Source of the DNA: Haliotis rubra
Lineage: Eukaryota
DNA: 64,000 bases
Assembly: GCF_003918875.1 (NCBI RefSeq)
Contig: NW_025766969.1
Span: 2,232,001-2,296,000 of the forward strand
Direction of reading: 5' to 3'
The translations under genes were made by a program, and so were the position numbers. This document shows, piece after piece, positions 13,003-39,512 of the stretch. The number at the start of each line of letters is the position of its first letter. The stretch's first letter is position 1. Under the pieces are notes generated by a model that was not told where the DNA came from, searched no databases, and saw nothing but the letters and a program-made list of their open reading frames with translations.

Positions 13003-13416
13003 CAGGGTTTTACACAGACTTTTAAAAATGGTAGTCATGGTGACTCACAATATTTCTTTTTGGGACTCATTTTCAATATTTGGGAGTCATGAAAATTTAA
13101 TGTTTCTTTGTGTTAATCATTCTCAGTATGTAACTGTGTATGTCACAGGTGGAGTCACCAAATGAAACTGCAGCATTGTTCAATGCAAATCGCCAGGATT
13201 ACTGTCTCCTCTCTGGAACAATCTGACAGCTCTGTAAAAGTCAAACTATCATCGAACAATATCATTTTTTGCTTATCAAATCGATTTTATTGAACTAAAT
13301 TGTGATGGCCACCCATAAAACTTGCGTCAAGTTTGACTCGTATGATAATGTTTTGAGAGTTGTTTACAAACTTGTTGCGTCAAATACGCAGGAATCATGC
13401 GTCATGTAAAACCCTG
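13003..13416. mobile_element. Non-autonomous DNA transposon, CAGGG termini, 6-bp TSD
   Basis: cagggttttaca...tgtaaaaccctg, flanked by aagctg on both sides. Confidence 0.8.
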
Positions 13417-14139
13417 AAGCTGAATTCAAATATCAGATATATACGCATATTCTAGAAGACATTACTAAATAGTAGCAAAGTTACACGAAGAAATACAACT
13501 ATTATACTCTGAAAATCGATACCACCTTAGACTATTTACTGAAACACCAAAAACTAATAAATTCACATAATTACCAAAAAGGGCAAAGCCCATCTGTAAC
13601 AGCATTACATAAACGTTAAGTTCCATGTGGACAGACTGAACGGGTTTCGTAATCGGCTGACAAACTAATAACCCTAGACTAGTTTATAAACGGATAAAAA
13701 CTACTTATCAACAGGTCTTTAGAAAAGATGTTCAAGGTTGATATACTTTACCAAAGTTCCATAATCACTCTTTGCCATTTATGTTACGGACACACAAATA
13801 TGTTGTACAGACAAAGTTCTCCTTTAAGCCTGCTATATTTAATTATCTTGGTACCTTTTACGAATGAATGTGTAGATGCTTATACATGAAATGGACATTG
13901 GAGATTCTGGAGAGAGATGCATGATACCCCTAAAAAAGGTCATAAATGATATAACATTTGTTGATCAAATACATACGTTTTTGGGAGATGAAAAAATATC
14001 ACGTTCACATATATACCACGTTTGCCACTGGTTGTGTTGCGACACTCGTTGGTCACGAACACAAAAACTAGTTTTAGAATGGACGTTCCTAAGCACTGGT
14101 CGAGATATGTTATGAAACTGAACAGAATGCGCCGAATGT

Positions 14140-17100
14140 TCAATCGTGGGTTATCTGCCCTTGTTGTTCTTGAAGACCATCAAGAAATCCCAGCACCTCA
14201 TTGTGGAATTCTTGATAGAAGGGAAACACTGTTGCTGGGGGTTCGTTCCCGACAATATCGTGCTCTACCTTCCCGAGGATACTCTGTAACACTAGAATAC
14301 AATTATGTTTCATGTTAATGCATGAATATTTGTTGGTCATGACCAATGGAAATATATAGTTTTTCTGTTCTTCTAAACGAGAGGACAGCCTATTGAATAC
14401 TTCTCAAATGGATTCCTACTCTCTGGTGAGTGGAAATGTTCATGTACCTTATGGAACCCTCCCTAAATTTCCCGAATTTCCTAATTCGTAAACTCCTGGC
14501 TACTACTATTTATATTATCTTACCTTCATGTAAAATACTTTAATTTCATTGGTCAGTGACACATTAACAAGTTTCCCCAGGAGGGTGACAACTGGAAAAA
14601 ATATTACCCGTTGCCACGGTAACCGCCAAACTCTCCGCCGAGAAGCTGTATCGCTAACAATCGTATGTCGCATGCAGTGCCCGAGTTCGAAAACCGTTCG
14701 ATTAGCTGTTTTTCAATTCACTATGTACACATTTATTTTACCGACTTTCACTGCTTTATTTAAAGTATTTCATACAATGAATCGTTTGCACACTCAACTT
14801 AAACATAATTAACCATTTTTAAAGCAGTTTTAAGCTTGTCAGAATATATTTCACTGATTTTAAAAATCCAATCGAGAGTCAGACGCCATTTTGTTTACGT
14901 ATCATATATACTACCCATCAAAAGTTTAGACTCACTAGTGTAAATGTAGCCACTTACTTGTCCACTGTTCTAAACTAGCTTTTTGCAAAATATTCCATAC
15001 TGTTTAAAGGTACTGTTTAGTTATGAACTGGTGTATTGTAAAACATATTCGTAACATTGAAAAGATTATTGTCATGAGTTCAGTAAATGATTAAAATCTG
15101 TGAAAATTGGCGAATTCTTAACAAAACTTTACACCAAAACGAATCTGTTCACATGCACGACATTTGCTCATGCCTTTCGCAATTTGAAGCATCATCCTTG
15201 TGCAATTCATCTGCATCAGGTTTTCAGTTGGTTCCACCAAGTTGGTGGAGAAATTCATCTTCGATTTAACCACATACATATACATAACATATAGTGAGTG
15301 CTTTCAGTGAGTCTAAACTTTCGATGGGTAGTATAGTTGGAAGCGATATTCAAAATAAAATAAAATTATATTTTGCACATTTAACATGGCGATAAGATAA
15401 ATACGTTGTATGCTTCTCCCTCGGGAGACAACTTATAGAGCATCTCAACTTGTATTCATGAGATCGCTGGTGTTAGAATACAGACTTGACAAAAACATTC
15501 TTACCATCACTCTCATTGATCAGTACTGTTGCTGCATGACATGTTGTATAGATCTTGCACTGTTCAACCACACCGTGTCTTCCTCCCGACTCGCTGCTCT
15601 CAAAATACGACCTGAGTTCCTCCTCCGTGACGTGCTCTGGCAGCTCCTTCACAACCAAGCCGACCGGCGCTCCAACCTCGACAAGGTCTACTTGATGACC
15701 GTCCAGTTTACGCCTCGAAGCCTTGGCGTGACTCTTGCTGACATCTGACGACATTGCTGACCAGATGTATTGTTTACAACAACATGGCCCAAACGTATAA
15801 AATAATATGTTAAAAATTAAACGATTAAAGATATAAACAAAGATACGTCATGAGAGGAGGATGGAAAACATAGGAAAGTATATCTATGGTTCAGAAAACA
15901 TGTATAAGCTTATAGGGTGGTTCACGGAAAGCAGACATGGTTAATGGGACGGGCAAGGAAAACAGAAAATAATTTTATAGGAAGGGTACGGGAAAACAGT
16001 GACAATTTTATAGGAGGAATACTGGAAAACATAGACAATTTTCTTGGGAAGGTACGGGAAGACAGACAATTTTATAGGAGGAGTACTGAAGAACATAGAC
16101 AATTTTCTTGGGAAGGTTCGGGAAGACAGACAATTTTATAATGAGGGTCATTGAAAACATAGACAGGTTTACAGACACAGTCATGGGAAACACAGACCTC
16201 GAGAAAAACATGTATATGCTTATAAGGAGGTTCGCAGAAAACAGACAAGCTAAATGGAGGGGTCAAGGAAATTATAGACAGGCTTATAGGGAGGGTCACG
16301 GGAAATACAGACAGGTTTATAGGGAGGGTCAAGGGAAATATAGACAGGTTTATAGGGAGGGTCAAGGGAAATATACACAGGTTTATAGGGAGGGTCACGG
16401 GAAATACAGACAGGTTTATTGGGAGGGTTAAGGGAAATATAGACAGGTTTATAGGGGGCAAGGAAATATAGACAGGTTTATAGGGAGGGTCAAGGGAAAT
16501 ATAGACAGGTTTATAGGGAGGGTTAAGGAAAATATAGACAGGTTTATAGGGAGGGTCATGGATAATATAGACAGGTTTATAGGGAGGGTCATGGATAATA
16601 TAGACAGGTTTATAGGAAGGTCAATGGAAATATAGACAGGTTTATAGGGAGGGTCATGGATAATTTAGACAGGTTTATAGGGAGGGTCATGGATAATATA
16701 GACAGGTTTATAGGGAGGGTCATGGATAATATAGACAGGTTTATAGCAGGGCCATGGATAATATAGACAGGTTTATAGGAGGGTCATGGATAATATAGAC
16801 AGGTTTATAGGAGGGTCATGGATAATATAGACAGGTTTATAGGGAGGGTCATGGATAATATAGACAGGTTTATAGGAAGGTCAATGGAAATATAGACAGG
16901 TTTATAGGGAGGGTCATGGATAATATAGACAGGTTTATAGGGAGGGTCATGGATAATATAGACAGGTTTATAGGGAGGGTCATGGATAATATAGACAGGT
17001 TTATAGGGAGGGTCAAGGAAAACATAGACAGGTTTATAGGGAGGGTCATGGATAATGTAGACAGATTTATAGGGAGGGCCAAGGAAAACATGGACAAGGT

Positions 17101-18696
17101 TATAGTGATGGACATAGTAAACGTAGACAGGTTTATAGGGACAGTCTTGGAAAACACAGACCTCAAGAAACCTTGTAAAATTGACATAGTGTTTACGATT
17201 TACCTGCTATTTCGTCTTCCATTGTAACAAGGGCAATGTGATTGATTCTGTCATCAAAATAGTCGATCGTTTCCACTCCATTGTCACATATGACCTCCAG
17301 GAAGTTGATGAGAGTGTCTTCTGCACAGTCTGGCAGATTCTGTGACGAGATCAGGCTAGATTGATACCTTGCGTGTGTCAACATGACCATCTACTAATAT
17401 ATCACGCTGAGGTTAAGTAAACTGGTTTCATTCACGGCTGATTCAAATGGTTGAAACATCATTCCAATCTAATGTGAGAGGGAATCCCACAGCGATACAT
17501 GTCTGATGACTACTTTTGGAATTGCTTTTGGATCCATGTACTATTAAGGGAAGCAACCGTGCACAACGAAATCAGCACCGTTGATGACTGGGCCTTCATT
17601 ACATCCAGTCACAGGCTTGATTCTTGCAAACAATGTTGCTTGCCATAACCACAAAGACGGTTTGTTACGTACACTATAAAAGCAGAACGACCTTAGAAAT
17701 GGCCATCCCAGTGACCTGGGCCTTCACTAAAGGTCACCGAAACCTTAACACTTCAAGGCCTCATCCTAAGGACAGTACTTACAATATTGCATCCGACTTC
17801 AGGAAGCAGTTATTGGGTCCTCATTAAAAACACATTCTAACCTACGACTTGCAGAGTAAGTTTAACCTTTAATGTCACAAACATCTCAAGAAAAAAACAA
17901 GGGTTGTGGCATACACACCATGTGATGTCCTCATAAACCATATTAATATATATCATGTGCTACATATTAAAAGTAGGTCACCGTGACCTACCTCTTGTGG
18001 CATAAGACTGACATAAATTGTCATATTTACTTTCACAGACTATATAACCAATACAAGAAAGTTATCTGCAGAAAAAAATGCGTTCGCGATAATTTAAGAA
18101 AGAACGACCATTTCGAACCATTCAAAGGATAGTCGTTATGTCCTGTTATCGACGTCAACGGAAGCGAGGCTGTTTGCAGCGAATAGCGCCTGCACAACGA
18201 ATAAATCATAAAAGAAGAAACTGACGCAGTTTTACTTTCGTTTTATACCTAGGCCAGTGGGCTGTATTATTCAGTATGGATATGGGCCCATGGCCTATGG
18301 CTGATATACATACTGAATAACGACCCAACCACATTCATTGGAGGCGAGTTAACACGTATGAACTTGTTGGTGATCATGTCAGTAATCTTCGTCAAGGGTA
18401 GACAAACCTCCATTACTACAACACTGAAAAATACTTAACGGGGAGAACTCAAGTCAAATCGAAATACGATCTCGTTAATTCGTATCAGGCTTTTTCCCTG
18501 TATCGTTAATGTTGTATATCATTATATATCACTATACACAATAACTGTTACATAGGACTCCATTACCATCCTCGTTATATATGCGCTCTGTTACAATGTT
18601 AAAATGGGAATTATAGCTACTGATCATATGAATGAATAGGCGCACGACCAAAGAAGAACTCCTCACTTTAGCAACTAGCATTCTCTTCTCCATCAT
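14140..18696 (-). CDS. 185-aa protein made of two PARP14/PARP10/NMI-IFP35-type RRM-like domains; 4 exons
   Basis: Exons 18696-18667, 17339-17204, 15744-15505, 14291-14140 are in phase (558 nt). Protein: MMEKRMLVAKNLPDCAEDTLINFLEVIC...IALVTMEDEI..RKLDGHQVDLVEV..VGLVVKELPEHVTEEELRSYFESSESGG..VEQC..AATV..VLQSILGKVEH...VFPFY. LxxYFE..SGG and VxPFY are typical of this RRM-like class. Confidence 0.72.
14909..15333. mobile_element. Tc1/mariner-type MITE, copy 2 (inverted relative to 9449-9875)
   Basis: TIR tactacccatcaaaagtttagactcact ... agtgagtctaaactttcgatgggtagta with TA flanks. Confidence 0.85.
15950..17165. repeat. 33-bp intronic minisatellite, G-rich on + strand (about 35 units)
   Basis: Unit atagacaggtttatagggagggtcatggataat. 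The core 16270-17060 is homogeneous and the edges are degenerate. Confidence 0.95.
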
Positions 18697-18995
18697 CAAC
18701 ACGCTCTTCCTCTTGTGGAGATGGCGGGTATCTGTACCGGAGACTGACACCTTAACCAAGCGCTTGTTTGTCAGTCCAGAATGAGTTTTCGTGTTGAAAT
18801 GTGTGTGTTAGTTTCGTTTTCAAACGGGAGTCACGTGATTTCTTTTAATGCACACGATCGAACCTCAGCATGTGACGTCCTATACAAGTATAACGGAATG
18901 GAATGTCAGCTGTTGTGCATGAATTCAGTTACGAGGTCGCTGTTTTAGCATCTGTCCAGCCATTCAGGAGGCGGACACCATGGAGGGGCATCCTA

Positions 18996-19515
18996 CTATA
19001 GTGCGTTTGGCTCAAAAGCGGACCGATGAATTGCAATCTAACTCGAAAACTAATAAACATATAATACTCAATGAAACGCTGATCATAATCAAAACATCAC
19101 ACCAACTCTGTGATTTGTTTGCAGAATTTATGTCCCAAAAATTAAAAAGTTGTTTAACAAACTATCATTAAAATATTGACACAGTTCACTATTTGTTACG
19201 AGGGAGGAGTGCAGAGAAAGGGACAGCCAGGTGATAGAGGAGCACGTGCACAAGTGCCGACAAGTTATTGATTCATTAACCTGTGCTGTCCCTTTCTCTG
19301 CACTCCTTCCTCGTAACAAATAGTGAACTGTGTCAATATTTAATGATAGTTTGTTAAACAACTTTTTTAATTGTAGGACATAAATTCTGCAAAACCCTCA
19401 CAAGGTTGGTCTGACGTTTTCATTATGATCAGCGTTTCATTGAGTATTATATGTTTATTACTTTTCGAGTTAGATTGCAATTCATCGGTCCGCTTTTGAG
19501 CCAAACGCACTATAG
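18996..19515. mobile_element. Long-TIR foldback MITE (about 235-bp arms, short spacer)
   Basis: ctatagtgcgtttggctcaaaagcggaccgatgaattgcaatctaactcgaaa... is mirrored by ...tttcgagttagattgcaattcatcggtccgcttttgagccaaacgcactatag. The arms pair inward to about 19232/19280. Confidence 0.9.
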
Positions 19516-19575
19516 GTACCTGTGTGGGAAATCGAATCTGTACAGCGAGTCCTTACAGGACGTGCAGACTTTCAG

Positions 19576-19690
19576 TGCGAGTTTAGTTTTACGCCGCACT
19601 CAGCAATATTCCAGCTATATGACGTCAGTCTGTAAATAATCGAGTCTGGACCAGACAATCCAGTGATCAACAGCATGAGCATCGATTTGT
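19576..19690 (-). mobile_element. 3' part of SINE family B
   Basis: Reverse complement of the gatcactggattgtctggtccagac...gctggaatattgctgagtgcggcgtaaaac tail. Confidence 0.8.
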
Positions 19691-20312
19691 CTTTTATATT
19701 AACGCAAAATAAAGAGGCGTTGATGCTTCCTTTGAACGGGAGACCACTGTCCGCATAGCGGCCAGTCGTCACCCTGTCAAACACAATCAGGTTTTATGCC
19801 GATTTTAGCTATATTCCAAGAATATATTGCTAGCGGTTAACTTCCAATATGGACTTCACACATTGTATCATCGAATCAAACCCGGGTTTTCGACCTTAGG
19901 AGAGAAAGTTTCAACCACAAGGCTACCCCAACACCCGCCCTAACAAGTTGCAGATCGAGCAGGTGATTTTACAATAAGCTGGTCATACGTGGTTTACTGG
20001 CATTGTGACAGTACGGCTCTTCAACATGTCTTCACCCAATATTGTGTTTAACATGCTTTTCATTTAGTCATCCTGAGCAAAATTTCCTTAGAATGTTAAC
20101 CACAAAATTACTTTCTTACTAATTTTGGGCGGCTGCCACAGCCATCCCAGCACCCTCAAAAATACACATTTACACATGTCGGGAAGTTGGAAAACAAAAC
20201 ACGACCAATCGATATGAAAGGAATACCGTCTTGTGTACAGATTGAGGTCGCCAGCTGAAGCTGAACTGTGTAATGTATGCACAGAGAAGTGTGAATGTCG
20301 TCTTAGCAAGGT

Positions 20313-20652
20313 CAGGGCTCCAGATAATTTTTCAACATCAGGAGTACGTACTCCTTATTTTTTTAAATATAGGAGTACTGGAAAAACTTAAGAGTACATT
20401 TCGAGTACTGAATGGATTTTAATGGCGTATGTGATCTTGTGTTTCGTTTCATATATGCACCACAGCATTGCTACTCTTTTGTAAACAGGTAAAAAACAAT
20501 AAAACAATACTTTTTTCAGATAAATACGTCTGTAAATGATTCTAAGACCGTACACCATTGCTGTGCTGCGTATCTGCTACTGTTTCTAAATTATATCCTA
20601 CCGTATCGTGCATATTTTTTATCCGTACATACGCCCCTTATCTGGAGCCCTG
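20313..20652. mobile_element. Non-autonomous DNA transposon, CAGGG termini, 6-bp TSD
   Basis: cagggctccagataa...ttatctggagccctg, flanked by caaggt on both sides. Confidence 0.85.
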
Positions 20653-22303
20653 CAAGGTATTTTAAGAGGGAAAATTGGGGTCTTATTTTTTCTCTTAGTT
20701 AAACCATAACAAACATTTTGAAAGATATCAAACGACCACGTGTTATAAAACCCCAATATGTTTGTAAACATAGTGGTGAAGTCATTTGTAGTTGTCAACC
20801 GCTATCAGTTCCAAGGAACAAATATTTCCTGTGTAAACCTATCATTTAGTAAGACTTCCTACAGAAAACCCCTGCATGGGATCATACACTTGTATCTTAA
20901 TTTGTGGAGAAGTGACTATTGCACGGTTTCAAACTGACAAGCTCACTGTCGAGCAAGAAATCCAATACTCCCTCAAAAACACACATCCTCTCAATTTCCA
21001 CTAAAAACGATAAAGAGACAGTTCATAAATAAGGCAAACATATTTAATAGAGTTTAAATTTGATTTACAGGAAGTATATGAAATATTCCCCACATGTACA
21101 TGTGTTGCTACGAAGATGAATCTGTGTGGGTATACTTTTCATAGAATATCTACAACATTTACAGATGTATGTACAGCTTCCTGAACTGTGTACAGGTATC
21201 AGGCCTCTTCTCATGAGTGTTTCTTTCCTGTTGAATCCGATCAGTTCTCCATAAAGTAGGAAAAAGTTTGTAAGGGTTGTAAAACTTTACAACAGGCATT
21301 TCACAACATACATACCCAAAACACCTTTTCAGCTAATGGGACCCCATGACTTTATGATGAACGGATTCTCGACAACACATTTCCATACCTGGGCCTCCTT
21401 TCACAAAACGCTAAAGTGATCTTAGTCACTAAGGTAACCTTAGTGCAATGTTAAACAATGGGAGTTAAGGTTAACCTTAGTAAACATTACTTCGTGTAAG
21501 GAGCCCCTGGTCAATATTTCATGAAGCCAAAGTTTTGTTTCATTAGACAAACAATCAACATCAAAGATTCTCCAAAGCTTCAGGAATAACTTAGTTATGG
21601 TCACATATTGAAAGAAAAAAAACGGAGTACAAGTGTTTCCCCAAAACCTCAACAAAGAATATACAATCAGCACTGTATTTGGGGGGGATCTTCAAGGTCG
21701 GAGCCATGAAGCATAACTACTTCACCAACTACGTACATTTCATAGTTCAAACCATCAGTCCGCATCCTATCCAATGTCACTTTACAGGAACCTTCAGGTT
21801 CATTGCAATGCTTCAAACAGTCAAATAAAGAGAAATACAAAGGTTCAATTTTCCTTGCAATGCTAGAAAATTCCATCCGATAGCTATGATGAAGACAACA
21901 TGATCTGGGTTCTGCCACAGGACAGACTCTTCTTATATAAGGAAGACAACATTGTCTGACAAAATGATCTGGGTTCTGCCAGTGGACAGACTCTTCTTAT
22001 ATAAGGAAGACAACATTGTCCGACAACATGATCTGGGTTCTGCCAGAGGACAGACTCTTCTTATATAAGGAAGACAAAATGATCTGGGTTCTGCCACAGG
22101 ACAGATTCTTCTTATATAAGGAAGACAACATTGTCCGACAACATGATCTGGGTTCTGCCACAGGACAGACTCTTCTTATATAAGGAAGACAACATTGTCT
22201 GACAACATGATCTGGGTTCTGCCACAGGACAGACTCTTCTTATATAAGGAAGACAACATTGTCTGACAACATGATCTGGGTTCTGCCACAGGAAAGAATC
22301 TTC

Positions 22304-37637
<15,334 letters not shown>

Positions 37638-37698
37638 AGTTGATCACAATGTTTCACTGTCACTAGATACTCCAATCTGTACACACCAACAAAGCTAA

Positions 37699-37748
37699 CT
37701 CCCGCCAAATGACACCATGTGAAAATTTCGCGGGGTTTTGGTCACGTG
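37699..37748 (-). promoter_or_regulatory. MCM3 promoter: E2F-type sites and an E-box
   Basis: TTTGGCGGGAG on the - strand (37709-37699), tttcgcgg (37726-37733) and cacgtg (37743-37748), all 60-110 bp upstream of the ATG. MCM genes are classic E2F targets. Confidence 0.65.
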
Positions 37749-38566
37749 ATGATGTCAACATTTTACTTTCGTAGCAACTAATTGCTATGTACGCTGCTTA
37801 AAAAACACCAAGAACGGAACATTCAGAGGAGATGAAGACAAAGGGACCATTATCATCATGTTTATCTAACTTTACAAGGTGTAGAACTATGGAGCAAATA
37901 TAAGAGCTACAGGGAAAATATGATTCACATGGGTATCCATGATGCATTGTAACTTATAGTTGGTCTGCCACGCATAGGATTACTAGTTTTAACATTTTCT
38001 CAGTGACCATGTAATAAGGTCTTTGTTTTTTCATCTTTTCAAAATTCAATTACAAACAACTGAAAACTGCCATTCTCAACGGGGTTTAACAGCAAGCAAT
38101 AGTGAAATTCGGGTTATTTTCTCTTTATCCATTATAACATGTACAGCTGCTATAGCAGGGATACTCTACAACATATATATAGTCTCCCTGTATATAGTAA
38201 CCATTACAAATGTACAATTGTTTCATTGGGATCAGATATATGTTGTCTTAAAAAAGAAATAAGAATTTGTTGTACGAAAACCTACAAAAATATATTTGTC
38301 TATAAATGTTCGCTGGACATTCAGGAGGTTCATACAAATATATCTCGGGTTATTGCCTTGAGTAAATACACCGTCCCTCTCAATGAATGTACATGTACTT
38401 GGAGGGGTAAACTGCTTTAACGTTTGTCCAATTTTCTCATTAATGTTGCCGAACTCCCATTAAAATGCCAATGATATTTATGTCGGATATGTAATTAAGA
38501 CTCTATGGATATGTTGTAACATGTCGGAAACTGTATGAAATGATGATGAGAATACAAATATTTTTG

Positions 38567-38571
<5 letters not shown>

Positions 38572-38655
<84 letters not shown>
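38572..38655. repeat. (CT)n microsatellite between two copies of a ~100-bp direct repeat, next to a gap
   Basis: 38458-38552 recurs at 38655-38753. Confidence 0.9.
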
Positions 38656-38659
<4 letters not shown>

Positions 38660-38753
38660 AAATGCTAATGTAATGATATTTATGTCGGATATGTAATTAA
38701 GACTATGGATATGTTATAATATGTCGGAAACTGTATGAAATGATGATGAGAAT

Positions 38754-38885
38754 NNNNNNNNNNNNNNNNNNNNNNNNNNNNNNNNNNNNNNNNNNNNNNN
38801 NNNNNNNNNNNNNNNNNNNNNNNNNNNNNNNNNNNNNNNNNNNNNNNNNNNNNNNNNNNNNNNNNNNNNNNNNNNNNNNNNNNNN
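38754..38885. other. Assembly gap (N run)
   Basis: Run of N. Confidence 0.99.
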
Positions 38886-39049
38886 TGACAATGTGCTTAT
38901 TTATTAGTCATTTTCTGAATTTATAATAGGCCACTGCCCTTGTATCAATAGAAAATTTCAAAATTTTAATGGGCCATTTTTTATTCTAATGTTCAAAATG
39001 GTCCATGATCTCTGCCTTATCCAATCTCTCTCTCCCCCCACCCCCTCCT

Positions 39050-39087
<38 letters not shown>

Positions 39088-39512
39088 TCACACACATATA
39101 TTTTATGTGACTTTTATATATATAGTTGTCAGTCAGTCATGGTCTTTGGAGTCCGACGTCACAAAGTGAAGTAAACTGGGTTCCAGATCCCTTTGCGAGT
39201 ATCAGTTTGCGTAAATTGTGATAATAGAGACGAAGCCCAGCAGAGAATTGAGGTCCTATTGAAATATATCCGACTGAAATTATCATTATAAGGAATAAAT
39301 GCAATAAAAAAGCCAGTGAGTACACATATTCCAACATTTATATAGTTTCGATGGTATGCTATCCTTTAACAATTTTTTGCCATTTAAATATTTATGAGAA
39401 CATCAGTATATTTAGTGTCATGGCGGCGCCCAGTGATAATGTTTTCGACTGCGTTTCGTCACGTTAACAAACTGACGTTGTTATCATAGCCATCGGCACA
39501 AAGGAAAGGAAA

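Noticed and set aside
15917-17227. Repeat ORFs (MDNIDRFIGRV, MTLPINLSILS) and a CRISPR-like look
   Set aside because: These are head-to-tail tandem units with no unique spacers and no cas genes, in a eukaryotic intron.
38458-38753. Direct repeat around (CT)n as a biological duplication
   Set aside because: It abuts an N-gap, so it may be a scaffolding overlap artefact and cannot be trusted.
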